From Cycas panzhihuaensis (lineage: Eukaryota; Plantae; Cycadophyta): a DNA stretch of 64,000 nucleotides. Below are positions 1-13,400 of the stretch, one piece after another (positions within the stretch are counted from its first letter, which is position 1; each line of letters starts with the position of its first letter). The notes under the pieces are model-generated. The model made no database searches and was not told where the DNA came from. It saw only the letters and a program-made list of their open reading frames with translations. The stretch is taken from positions 119,295,741-119,359,740 of the forward strand of contig CM041465.1 of the NCBI GenBank assembly GCA_023213395.1. The letters run 5' to 3'. Both the position numbers and the translations under genes were made by a program.

Positions 1-1215
1 TCATGATCTTAAAATTTTAGAAAAATAAAATTCTAAAGTGTGCAGATTCATGGTAGACTTCACTAGATATTAGATGGAAATAGTTGTTTAAACATCTTCT
101 TATAATCACTCAAGAGCAAACCTATAATAGAGAAAATATTTAATCTTAAGACATATTATGGAAAAGTTATAAGTTAAGAGGAGGTTGTAGAGGTTTTTTC
201 TCAACATTATAAGAAAGTTTTTCAAGCACAACCTTACTTCTTAGAGGTAGAGAAGGCCACAAAAAACTATATGGAGGTTATTCTCTAAAAACTTAGGCTA
301 GAGTTGATGAAAAATTATGATTCTCTATAAAGCCTTAAAGAGAATATTAAGGCACTTAATTAAATGGATAATAATAAAGCTCTATATCTAGCAACTTATC
401 CCATAAATTCTTTAAGGCAACCTAGGATTTCATAAGGCTCATATTATTGAAGGTTTATAGAGCAACCTTATCCACTAGTTCCTTAAGTTTAAAGATTAAC
501 TAAGAAAATATTAAATTAATTTTGAAAGGTAGCAATCTTGAATTCATTTCCACTTATAGGTTGTTCACTTTACTCAATGTCTCCTATAAGATTTTGCCTA
601 AGGCACTTCATGTATCAAGCATATTCTTCCTATGATTATTAGGTTGGTACAAATAAATTTTATTAAAGGGAGATATATCATTGATAATATAATAACAATC
701 TAGGAAGGAATGGAATGGGAAAGGCACTTGACTCATGAAACTTTATTCATTAAATTTGACTTTGAGAAAACTTATGATATAGTTAAATGGTCCTTTCTAT
801 AGAATATGGATGTTACCATTAGATTTGAAGAAAGATGCATTAATATGGTCCAAGTATTATTTGTTAATTCTCTAGAATTAATTATCCTTAATGGTGCTAT
901 TATCCAACTAGTTTACATTCAATAATTAGTTCAATGAGAATGCCCCCTTATCTTGTCTCTTTAAATATTGGTTGTCGATGTATTAGGTTAACTTCTTCAT
1001 ATTAAGATTGGAAGTGGTTATGTTCAAGGAATCTTTATGCCTAACACTATCCCTAATCAAATGATAAAGTGTCACCTTCCTAATGACTCTTTTTTAACAC
1101 TCAGGATAAAGGCCTAGGTAGCCCAATATGTACTAAACTACATTCACACATTTTATAAGGCCTTTAGATTGTATGTATATTGGGAAAAAAAAACACATAT
1201 TTTCTACAATCTCCC
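1..1215 (+). mobile_element. L1-type LINE ORF2 remnant, reverse-transcriptase domain (piece 1 of an interrupted LINE)
   Basis: Degenerate LINE RT motifs: KFDFEKTYDIVKWSFL at ~752-800 (cf. KLDFEKAYDRVxWxFL), a QGCPLSP-like segment at ~932-990 and a DD-like segment near 1080. Many stops. Ends at the TSD (CTCCC) of element B. Confidence 0.85.
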
Positions 1216-1607
1216 TATTACATAACTACTTACTAACCATAGAGAGTGACTATCAACACACGTGATCAAGCAACCTGATGGTTAGTATTAGCCATTAACT
1301 TTTGTATACACATACTTAGCCCACTAATATGATTGTGGGCCACTTCTCCCTCTAATAAAATTCTATGTAAAGCAACTATCATTGCTTATTTCAGGCACAA
1401 GAAATACACATAGATTGTTATGTTGAAATAATATCAAGAAACCATGTTATTGTATGTTTTGGTGCCCATTTAATGTTTGAATATGTGTTCATTTTTTCTT
1501 TCTATTTACTCTTTATGCTAAAATTAGATGATATAAATTATTAGCTTATGCCCTTTGAGCTATTAAATTGTTGTTGTGTAAGGAATACTCAAAACAATTA
1601 TGCTTCA
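1216..1607 (+). repeat. 5' LTR of element B
   Basis: Direct repeat of 23538-23919. Eroded TG start, ends in CA, followed by PBS. Confidence 0.9.
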
Positions 1608-3379
1608 AATGGTGTCAAAGCTAGGTTGAGGATCCACCCAAGAAGTTGATCAGTAAGAAGAGCAAAAATCTACATTTTTTTTTCCCTTGGTGAAATTTTA
1701 AAAACCTTCTTCCCCTTTTAATTTTGTTAATTTTTTGCTACTATTAATTTTCTAAAGTTTATAATCAGCTTCAAGTGGGTAGCAAGTCCCTCCCACCCAT
1801 ATCCCTTAGTTGTAGGTAGCAACTATGTATTGGGGGTGTTTAAAATTCAAAGGGATCTATCATTTTGAGTTGAATATATGTGGATATATGTCTGTGTATA
1901 AAGTGAAGTAGATAACACTACTTGCACAAGCCTTAAACAAAACCTGGCTATGAGATTGAGCTTCTACATACCTTCGAGTATATCATAGGATCCCTTTAGG
2001 TTCCCTTACCTAACCTAGTTATAGGAAAATTATCATCCACCTATTTTTTGTAATGCACTAGTTAGTAGTTTTCACTAGACAGCTACCCTTCCTAAACACA
2101 TTTGTATGTCATTTGCAACTATAAGTATAAATGTTCTCCATAATTAGTGCCCTAAGATATTAGACTAAGCATAAGTGATGATAGATAAGTTTATTAAAGG
2201 GCTTACAGAATCAGGTAATCCTCTATCAAAATTTATAGGTTGCCCATTTTATTAGATACTACTATAGTTTAGTAAGATAATATGTGACTATTATACTTTC
2301 ACATGATAATCTGATATTGTTATATTTCTACAAGATAATATATATCCAATGGGACCATTAAATGTCTAAAAGGAATCAAAATTACTACCTACCCATGAAT
2401 TACAAAAGAACACTAAAAATTGTAGCCTCAATAAAATGATAACATCAACCTCTATTATAAACACAGTAGTATAACAACTCTAACCTACAATATAGAGATA
2501 ATAAAAAAACATCTAAAGGCTTCTTATCTAAATCTTCAACTTCATTTTTTATCCCCACACCCTAGTCTCTCAGTCTAAAGTCTACTCTCTAAAAAAATAA
2601 ATAACAAAGAAAAAGCTCCCCACCTAGTTTATAAGGTCACTTCAAGAAATATTTGTCTAATTCAAATAAAATCTACACTAATAGACATAAGACGAAAAAA
2701 AGAAATATGCCAAAATTTTTACCTAGTCATATATACATCTCATTTTAATTAGTGCATTGTACTTATCATTCTAGGCTAGGTTAATCTCAATCCTTTTTTT
2801 AGTAAAATTGGAAAATTGGCCCTATGAGCTCAAAAAATAAATCACACATAATCTTACCTATGCCATTTTGATGATCTCTTGATACTTATTGTGATGCACT
2901 AAGTAGGATTGTTACCTAATTTTCACCATGTCCATGCATATTTATATCGAGGAGGTAACAAACTATAAACACCTCCACTCCTCACCCTTCTACATTTGTC
3001 CCACCTCTTAGATCTCATTCTTCTTGTCTCATCCCTTTTCTTGGTGACCCTTTCTTCTCCTCTTCATCTCCTTCTTCTTCAAAGTAGTTCATAGTAGTGA
3101 TAGATACAAGTATAATAGCCCCTACATAACCTAAAATATCTAAGCACTTGAAATGTAAGTTAATGACATAAGCACTAATGTGATGCAAATAAAAAATGAC
3201 TTGTGTAAAGAAATTGCTAATCTCAACTATAGCCTCACATCTATAGCCAATAATTTCATAGAATAGATGGCATGTCACCATAGAGCTTGCCAAACTTTTA
3301 GTAGTTATGACCAACACACCTTCTCCTTCAAATTCAATAGGTAGAACACCTCCATAAATACCTCCATTTCTAACACCAA

Positions 3380-4690
3380 GGTAGCAGTTGTGGCACCACA
3401 AGATTAATATATCCACATTTGATCTAAATCATAATAGGGACTTAGTTAGAAGCTAGATCAATAAGTTTAAGTTATACTTTTCCCTAAACCCAATGGCCCC
3501 CAATAAGAAATTGACCTTTGCTTCCATCCACTTAGGGGCAAGACCCGCCATTGGTTCTGCTAATGGAAAAAGGAAAACTAAGTTTATACATAGGTACTCT
3601 TTTGTAAGAATTTCTTTAAACAATATGAGGACACCTAGAATCAATCCTTCTTTAGCCAAATCACTTGGCTAATGCAAACTATATCAATCAAAATATGCAC
3701 AAAAGAGTTACAAGCACTCCTTAATAGAGTTTCCTAATAACTTAACCATATAACACTCATTGAAGTATACATAACAAGACTAAAGGAGCACATTTGAATG
3801 TGCTTAGAGACACTCACCATTCTAACTCTTTAGGATGCTATTACCATGGCTAAGGCAATATAAGTAGAGTTTGTAACAAAATTCCAACCCAACTTTTGAT
3901 GGGATTCCAATTAATACCAACACCTACAATTTGCAAAATAGTGGCCATGACAATGAGAATTCAACCAACAACAACTATCCACAATCATACCTTCTTCAAA
4001 TCTAGTCCATGTTCCTCCTAATAAAGCAAACAAAAGGATGAACGTTGACCTCTTTATAAAATACTCAGAGGAATATACCTACAATCATAAAAGTATGTAC
4101 AGAAAAAAAGATGATCTATATTATTGATATTAATTTAGAAGATGATTTTGACATTGATTATAATGGGCCTGACTAGGTTATTGATGAGATCCCTCCCTAT
4201 CATAAGAACATGAGGCCTCATTGTTAGTTGTCTCTTCTATGTCATGCCTAGTGCCTCTTTAAGTTAAAGGAACACTTAAATAAACACCTATCACTCTCCT
4301 AATTAACAATGGCATGATGCTAAATTTTATTGACATATCCTTGGCCCATCAACTCAACCTATACATCATACCCAAAACTAGATTTACTTATTCTCTACCT
4401 GGTCATCTAACCCTACATTATGTAGGTATGATAAAGAATATACAAATTCAAATAAGAACATGCACTCTAACTTCAAACTTCTATGCCCTATTTATAGGTG
4501 AGTTTGATGTCATTCTTGGGGTCCAATGGTTCCAAATACTAGGTTCTTACAACATTAATCATTCTACATGTAATACATTCATACTATTTAGAGATGATCA
4601 TAGGTAAACCAATAAATTTTATAAGATATAGACTCCCCTCAATAAGCTTATTTCTCTTAATAGCATGTGCTGACATATAAACAATAGTTT
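3380..4690 (+). pseudogene. B gag/protease remnant
   Basis: KINISTFD..W gag-like segment at ~3400. ORF 4314-4607 has FDVILGVQWF (retropepsin C-terminal motif). The 5' boundary is approximate. Confidence 0.75.
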
Positions 4691-6547
4691 TGAAAGAATA
4701 TAGGCAAGTAAAATAAGGTACAGTACCACTTGTAAGAAACTAAATACCCATACATAAGTTTAGGTTCTAAGAAGACTATGAAATAAAGACATAAGTAAAT
4801 AATAAATGAAAGAATATGTACAAGTATATAACATATTATACTTATGGGAAATGATCAATTTTAATTGTATTATATTAAACCAATGCATATATACCATACA
4901 TATCACCACCTAGTTGTCAAATCACACTCTAAGAGCCACTTAGTCAACCAATGACTAATTATAATAAATAAGTGTACAAACTATAACCCCTTAATATAAA
5001 TTAAAGGGATAACCACATTGATTTATCTCAATTGGATATTTATATGGGTTAACATTATCCAATCTTTCCCCCTTAATGCTAATTCATGTCACATAACTAC
5101 TTCAAATCCATATAAAAGCCAAACATCTACCAAAGCACACGGGTAACCAATTGATATATCCATTAGTACTCTAAATTAGCCTTTTCACATATGGTTCACA
5201 AACATTTACCTATCAAATAGCCTTTACCTACTCCCATTTTACCTATTTCTAGCTCTCCTAGCTAAGGCTGCACCACTAGGAGACAAACCAAACTAAAATC
5301 CTTAATTCCATCTACTATACCATGGAATGAACCTATAAAAATAGTTATCTAAGAAGAAACATATGACAAAACACCTCCTTTTTTATCTTAGGCTCTATTT
5401 TAACACCCTCTCAATCTAATGTTTAAACTTCATACCATTAAAACTACCTTAAAAAATCTTTAAAGCATATTGTGTGACCACTTTTTATAAAGCCTACAAG
5501 TCAAATTTACAATGTAACTAATAGCACTAAATTATGATGTTGTATGAGGGAGTTATAGCCATTTTCATAGGCATAAGTACCCTTTTAGTGAAAAAAACTT
5601 TAAAACTAAAAAATAACTTTTAAATTTAACCCTTGATCATAATAAAATGCCCATGAGACTGAACTGGGGGCTAAGTGAATATCCTATATCAATGAAAATT
5701 CTTTTAATATAACTTTATAAAAGGGAAAAATAAGTCTTGAAGGGCCATTTGACTTGCGCATGATCTACACACCTCCATATAACTTTAGGCAACTCCTGTG
5801 AGATGATTTCTCATTATTTTTCATGCTGGAAGCAATAGAAACAAAATTATGCCCTTATAGAATACTTTAACACCATTAGAAATGTGTTTCTATAGTTTTT
5901 TTGTAGTTGGGAGGTGCCCAACACATGAAGAAATCACTTATTCTACTATTGAAATTGCCTAACAATAAGCTAAGTCATCCATTCATTGATTTCTTCATGC
6001 ATTTTCTTATGTAGGTTGTATACATAAAATTCTATTAACTCTATATTTTGCTAGAGCTAAACATAAGTAAAATAAGAGAAAAAATCAAGTTGATTTACCA
6101 TTAATACCATGCAAACCCTTACTGCTTCACTAGCACACTGCCATAGCTCTCACAATAACTTGTAATGTTTGTCCATGCCTTATATCTCTTAGTTTTCTAC
6201 CATAAATCCCACCTAGCTCTATTTTGGATTAAAGACAAGGAAGTGAATTGAGATTTACATAGTTTATCAACATCAAATGATAGCTAATAAATCCTTCAAC
6301 TTATTGATGGGGTGGTACCATTCAAATAAGAACCCCAATGAACCTACTTTTTATTATACTTATAGCACTACTAGTAATTTTCTTTATAAAGACCAATCTC
6401 TGTCAAATTAATAAGCTCTATATCAATCTATAAACTTGATATTTTCTTCAACATAAGCCAATAAACCATCTATTGTTCTTAATATGCTATAAAGCCTTCA
6501 TCAATCATGGTACCACTTTATTATAAAGGGAAAAATCATGGCCTATC

Positions 6548-6845
6548 TGAAAAGGGTTAATGACATAAGGTCATTACATTAGTTGATTATTTCGAAAAAG
6601 GGTCTTAAGTGAACTTTAAATTAGATCACTTAAGTGAAATGCACTTTCATGTGCATTATGTGTAATTTCATTTCACCTAACTCAAATGCTCTCTCTCTCA
6701 ATATAAAAGTAAAGCTCAATGGAGGAGATTCATTCTTTACCTCCCCATTTTGTGAGAGCTACTTTCTTTCTCTCAAGTCTCTCTTGCTCCCATGTTTGCC
6801 TTTGTGTTTAGTGCATGGAGATGAAGGATAGATCCACTCTTTTCA
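6548..6845 (+). repeat. 5' LTR of copia E
   Basis: TGAAAAG...CTTTTCA, identical to the 3' LTR except one G/A. TATAAA-like box near 6701-6707. Confidence 0.98.
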
Positions 6846-6847
6846 TG

Positions 6848-6859
6848 TGGTATCAGAGC
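6848..6859 (+). promoter_or_regulatory. Primer binding site (tRNA-iMet) of copia E
   Basis: TGGTATCAGAGC, 2 nt after the LTR end. Confidence 0.95.
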
Positions 6860-8887
6860 TTGCTTCCTTCATATTCCCCACTTGCACTTGCAATGGAGCC
6901 ATCACTTCCTTCTCCCCCACAATCCATGTGGTGAAGGAGATTGTGAAAGTGAATTTAGAAACATTTTCAAGTTATTATGATAGCATATTTTGTATTGTTT
7001 GCTTTTCCTTTTTCTTTTGCAGGTTTGGAAGCATAATACAAGGAGTTGTAAGGCCCAAGGATTCCAATCCTTTGCTGGCCATTCATGCTATCTCATTCTT
7101 CTTTTCCTTTTCCCTTTTTTGTCCATTTAACAAGGGAAAATGTCACGAAATTTTTCCAAAGATTTAGAAGAATGATTGTAAGGGGAGTTTTTACCCTTTT
7201 TTTTTTAAAGAATTTTGAGCCATTGAAAATATCTATCATTGTATGCTCTCACCTTGCCCATATTGGGATCCTGGTGATCAAAAAATGATGGAAATTTCAT
7301 ATGGTATCATGTGTTAATGAGATATTAGCAAGCTAAAATTTCTGCAGAAATGCAATTTGATTATTGAACTTCACAGGTCTGCAAAATCGTCTACAGAGAT
7401 CCAATTGAAGTGATTCCAATTTTCAAAGATGGGGCTCTGAGTCTACTTTCTAGTGCAAAAAACGGCACCTAATTTGGATGTCGTATGAGGAAGTTATTGC
7501 TGTTTTAGTGAACAGCAGTTATTTTTAGTAAGAATTCTGGAAAAATATCATTTCCTAACTTTTCGGGGCTGTCAAAAACTTTCCAGAACTCATTTGGACC
7601 TGATTCCACTTCCTGGAGATGAAGATCTGAGTCTAGTTTGCAGCACAAAAATCGGCACTCCATTTCAGCATCGTGGGAGAAAGTTATTGCAGATTTAGTG
7701 AAGAGTACTTTTCTTTGTATTACAACAAAAAAAAAAAGGTGAAGAAAATTTCTTCCTTTTTATAAGGCTTAAAAGCCCATTGTAAAAGTGAGAAAAAAAA
7801 AACACCTGGATTAGAGCAATATCCGGTGTCCTCACTCACTTATTATCATTGCATTTCAGCACTCTAAAATCACTCAAAGCAAGCACACCAAAGACACTTC
7901 AAGCAAGCACTCCAAAAGCACTCCAAGCAAGCATTATTTTCAGTTAAATGTACGTTTGATGCAATTCGATAATCTTTTCACTCTTCCTAAAAGGAACGCA
8001 TCACGTCGCGCTATTTTCCGCCATCTTGTACCTATTCACACACTCGCCAAGGTTGAGATACCTTGGTTGGCGAGAATCTTAGTGCCATAAAGGAGGTGTG
8101 GGTTTCAAGTTGGGACTGGACTAAACCTAATATTGGTGAGGTTTGGTTAGCCATACCATCGTGCCTCAATCAGGGATCATCCTGATAACCAACCGGGAAA
8201 ACTGAAACTTTAATACAAGATTAAAATATACCCGATCCAATATCCGTCATAGCCATGGGTATGCACGTACCACTCTTTAGAGGAGGTATATAACTGCTCA
8301 TTGGTGAATCGGTGAGGATTGGGAGTACACACTCCGTTGTGACTTGGATTTCATCACCAAGCACGATTGTGGGTATCATGGTGAAGGCCAAATTAATTCT
8401 ACTAGAAGCCTAGGCATCCCTTCAACAACCTCAACTACACGTTGGACACAAGTTAGAGGTTATTGGGTTGATTACGCATCCTACATTCAAGTTTCAAGTT
8501 GTGTAAACCCAATGATGTCAACTTCTACATTGGCCTATAATCTTGTATATTGATCACTTACTTATTTGTAAAAAGTGATCCATAGTGTAATCACAATCAT
8601 AGTGCTTCTCATATTCCTGCTGCGTCAGGTTAATATTTGCCACAAGTGTTAGTGGCCAATTTTTATCATAGTGCTTCTCATATTCCTGCTGCATCAGGTT
8701 AATATTTGTCACAAGTGTTGGTGACTTTTCTCTAAGTTGCTCCCTTCATCTTTGAGCAACCATTCTCACTTCTTCTTCCTTCTTCTACACTACTTCATTA
8801 CATTTCCCATTTGTAAATAGTGATCGGTCATTTATTACCATCACTTTTATAGTCCCTTGTTCATTTCTTCCCTTCTAAAAAGACACA

Positions 8888-11800
8888 ATGTCTTCACAAT
8901 TCAAGCAAAATGTGAACTGCATTCTAAAAGGGAAAGAAAATTGGGACATGTGGTTCATCGTGTCGAAAATGCCGCAAAGTATGAAGGTCTATGGAGAGAT
9001 CACTTACAACCTACACCACATTGCATTCTACCACCACAACCGCTTGTGAGGAGGTGCTCCAACCGCTCCCATCAAGCCGTAGCTAAACGCCAATGGGAAC
9101 TTGATGATGATAAAATCCGTGCAGGTGGATACCGCTTGTCACTAATTATTCCTGCATAATCTCATTGATGAAGTCGTACATGATACAAAGATGGAAAGTT
9201 CTTGAAGTTCTTAAGAAGAACTTTGACACTAAATCGAGACTTAGAATTTGTTCACTTAGTCTTTGAAGATGAACAAATTGAAAATGCAAAAGGACATGCA
9301 AGTGAGACAATCAATCTCCTTCGTCCAATCAAGCAAGCCATTGATAAAGATTTTAAAACTCAATGCATTACATGGGCTTTCTTGATTCAGTCATGTCTCC
9401 ATATCCCAGGTCATAAAAATCTGTTGGGGAGTCTTCAATCCAATTGGAACTTTAAAGACCCTAAACTTTGAGGATCTTCTTGATAAGTTCATTGAATTTG
9501 ATAAGACCTTTGATACCAACTTTGCCACTACATCAGATCCAATTGATGCTGCTTTTGAAGTGGAAGAAGATCTTTGTTACACCAAAAATCAAGGTCAATA
9601 ATCTCGTAGAGGTGGTAATTCAGGAAGAGGAAGAGGTAGACAACAAGGACAACGTCCTCTTAGTCAACAGGCTCCTCAATTCCAACAAAAACAGTCTCAA
9701 GGCCAAGGGCAAAATAATCAACCCGACCTAGATCCGATGTCGAGAGACAATCCGGCCCGGTCTAATACTTGTGGAAATCAAACAATCGTGTGCCAAAGGT
9801 GTAATAGAAGAGGACATTATGCCAAAATTACAATCGCCACCAACAAACTACCAAGTTATCCACAGCGCCCCGGTGCACAGAATGTTGATAAGACTTCTTT
9901 TGAAGATGCGTTTGGTGGTGCACAATTTGCTCATGCACACCTTCAAAGAATTGGGACCACTTCATCAAATGTTGTTGATAGATCCACTAAGTATATTGAG
10001 GCTCATTGTGGCTATGCTTATTCACTTTTGCCTTCACCACTTGGAGTTGCAAATAGTGCTACCTCAAATACTTCATCGTGGATCATGGATACTGGAGCAA
10101 CACAACACATGACTTGTCATCGCCAGTTCTTTCAAGATTTTGACTCTGAAGTTCGTGGTGTTGTACACATGGTCGACAAATCATCTCGGCCGGTCGAAGG
10201 ACTTGGAGCAGTTTGCACAAACTCCTGTGCCTTCCAGTTTTACACTTGTTGATGTTTTATATATTCACCTTTCTGAGCGAGAATCTGCTCTCCCCGTCCA
10301 CCCTTGTCTCTTATGGATTTGATCGAGTGTAACGCAAACAATCAAACTCTGTGTCATTCACCCTCCTTCAAATCTGTGGTTATGACCTAATTCTTGATGG
10401 TAAACTTTTCGCCTAACCGGCTCACCATCCTCTCAAGTCAACTATGTTGATGATGAATTTGTTTTACCACAACCCCGACTCCTCAAAACTTGTCCCAAGC
10501 GACTCTATGGCATGCTCGTATGGGCCATATCAAAATTGATCGTTTAAGAGAACTACAAGACACTCTTCTGGTTTGCCTAAGTTCCCCTCAAGCCCTTTAA
10601 ATGTGAAGCATGTATTATTGCTAAATCTCAAAGACAACCCTTTCCTCGTAGTCGGTGGAAATCTACCCAACCTTTGCGGCTTGTACACTCGGATATATGC
10701 GGTCCTATGCCCATCCCTTCTATCAAATGCAGTGGTACTATATTACTTTCATTGATGATTTTACCAAGAAAGTATGGGTTGCTTTTCTTGCAAAGAAAGA
10801 TGAAGCTTTTCTATGTTTCAAGCTTTCAAGGCCCGCGTGGAAAATGAATCGGATTCAAGATCAAAATACTCGGGGTGACAATGGTGGCGAGTACACATCC
10901 AATGAGTTTGAATCGTACCTACGTCAATGTGGAATCAAACATCAGACCATCATTGCGGTACACCCCAAAATGGAGTTCTTAGAGCATATGAACAGGACCA
11001 TCATGAATATGGCTCGTGCTATGTTGGTATATAAGAATGTCCCTATCTATCTTTGGGCTGAGGCTATCCGGATCCGCCGTATTGCATCAACACTGTTAGT
11101 CCCTCCAAGCTCGGCCCCTCTCCACATGAAATGTGGTATGGACAAACCCCCTCTATCTCGCACTTGATTTTTGGCTCTACTTGTTATGCTCATATTTTGC
11201 AGAAACATAGAAATAAGCTCCAAGATAGAGCCATCAAAGGCATCTTTGTCGGATACCCTATGGACAAAAGGGATACAAGGTTTTATACCTTGAGCGCAAA
11301 ATCATCATCACTAGAGATGTTATCTTTGCAGAGGCGAAGATCAATTACTCGAGACTTGACTCCAAGACGCCTTCATATCGATTTAATGATGCTCTTGAAT
11401 TTGATGTCCAGTTCCAAAATTTAGGGAGATCTTTGAGCAGATGCTTAAAATCTTGGAATCGACAATAGAACCTCGGAGGATACAAGTCGTGACTCCAATC
11501 CAATGTGTACACATCCAAAGACCATCATTTGTGAGCGACCAAGTTGACAAAGGCAAAGCCATAGCAGAAGGATCATCTTCTCCAACATCCATGGTGGCCC
11601 ATCTTCTCCAAAGATCGCCAACTTCCTCCGTGCCAAATATTTCACATGATCCTTTTCGGGATCAAAGCGAAGACCAAGAGGTTGTGGAAATGAAAACCTC
11701 ATTCCCAACTCGAGGTTTTCGTGAAGCCTACCGACTACACAAGGACATGCGACGGATGAGGTAGGCAAAGCGGCACTAGAAGTGCCCATAGAGCAAGGAT

Positions 11801-13400
11801 GCATGAATCACTTTCCGCTGAGCTTGAACCAATAGAATCGCATCTTGCTCTTAATGAAGAGCCCTAACGCACCAAGAAGTCGTAAAGCATGCGACTTGGA
11901 GAAATGCCATGAGCGAAGAGTATCAATCTCTTATTAAGAGCGGTACATGGGAGCTTGTTGATCTACCACTTGGAAGAAAGGTAGTTCAAAATAAATGGGT
12001 GTTCAAAAACAAGTATAGATCAGATGGCACCCTAGAAAAACACAAGGCGAGGTTGGTAGCAAAAGGATTCACGCAAAGGGAAGGCATTGACTATACTGAA
12101 ATCTTTACTCCTACAACCAAGTGGCCTACAATCAGAACTCTAATAGCCTTGGCTGCTCAACAGGGTTGGAAAATCCACCAACTCGATGTTAAGACCGCAT
12201 TTCTCAATGGGGACCTTAAAGAAGAAATTTACATGGCTCAGCCAGAAGGATACGAGATTGACGGTCAGGAGCATAAAGTTTGTAGGCCCAAAAAGTCCTT
12301 ATATCTGACCTAAAGCAAGCCCTCGTGCTTGGTTTACCAAGTTGTCTGAAAGAATGAGGCAACTTGGATATGAGGTTGTGACTATCAAGATATTGATGCA
12401 ACATTATTCATCAAGCGCCAAAATGATAAAGTCACTTACCTCTTAATCTTTGTGGATGACATGCTCATAGCAGGGAATAGTGAGCAGTGTAATCGGCCGG
12501 TGAAGAAGGACCTTGCTAAAACTTTTGAATTGTCGACCTCGGGTTGATGAAATATTACTTGGGAATTGAAGTAACTCAAAAGGATGGCAAAATCTTTCTC
12601 TCCCAAGAAAAATATATCAACGATCTTCTGACAAAGTTTCAGTTGGAAGGTGCTCGACCAGTGGATACACCTATGGAGCCTAATATTAAGCTCTCAGTTG
12701 ATGGTGACAATAGGGAGGCAGACGCAACACTCTACAGGCAACTTGTAGGTAGTCTCATCTATACTACCAACACAAGGCCAGATATTCCACACTCTGTCGG
12801 CATTCTTGCAAGATTCATGACAAATCCTAAGCAGAATCATTGGCAAGTCGCAATACAGTGTTGAGGTACCTAAAGGCGACTAGCAAATATGGTGCATTGT
12901 ATATGAACCCAATGCGAATTTAAACTTTATGCATACAGACTCGGACTTTCTTGGAGATAAAGACACGGGAAGATCTACGTGCAGTGCGTAACATTTCTTG
13001 GAACAAAGCACCAATATCATGGAGATCCAGACGGTAAAGATAGTTGCAGACTCAATCAAGCCGAGTACATTCTCGCTTCGAGACAAGCAAGGAGGTGATA
13101 TGGCTTAGAAAATTGTTGAATACATTAAATGCCACCCAAACAAGTTCTACTAGCTTACATGTAGATAATCAATCTACAATCCAGATGGCTAAAAATCACA
13201 GTATTTCATGATCGTACCAAACATATAAGTACAAAAGTCCACGAGATTAGAGAACTAGTTCATGATGGCACAATTCAATTGAGTCTTGCCCCACAAAGAA
13301 ATCAAGTGGCCGATATCTTCACCAAACCACCGAAGAGGGTGAAGTTTGAGCAGTTCAAAAGCAACTCGGCCTTAGGGCCTCCATCTACGATTGAAGGAGA
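8888..13400 (+). pseudogene. Copia E gag-pol polyprotein (frameshifted in this sequence)
   Basis: Zinc knuckle CQRCNRRGH. Protease WIMDTGATQHM. Integrase YYITFIDDFT / DNGGEY. RT KARLVAKGFTQREGIDY, HQLDVKTAFLNG, FVDDML. RNaseH TDSDF..D and ADIFTK. Confidence 0.95.

Noticed and set aside
3015-3659. Minus-strand ORFs of 133 and 68 aa
   Set aside because: Antisense shadows of the B gag region, with no independent motif.
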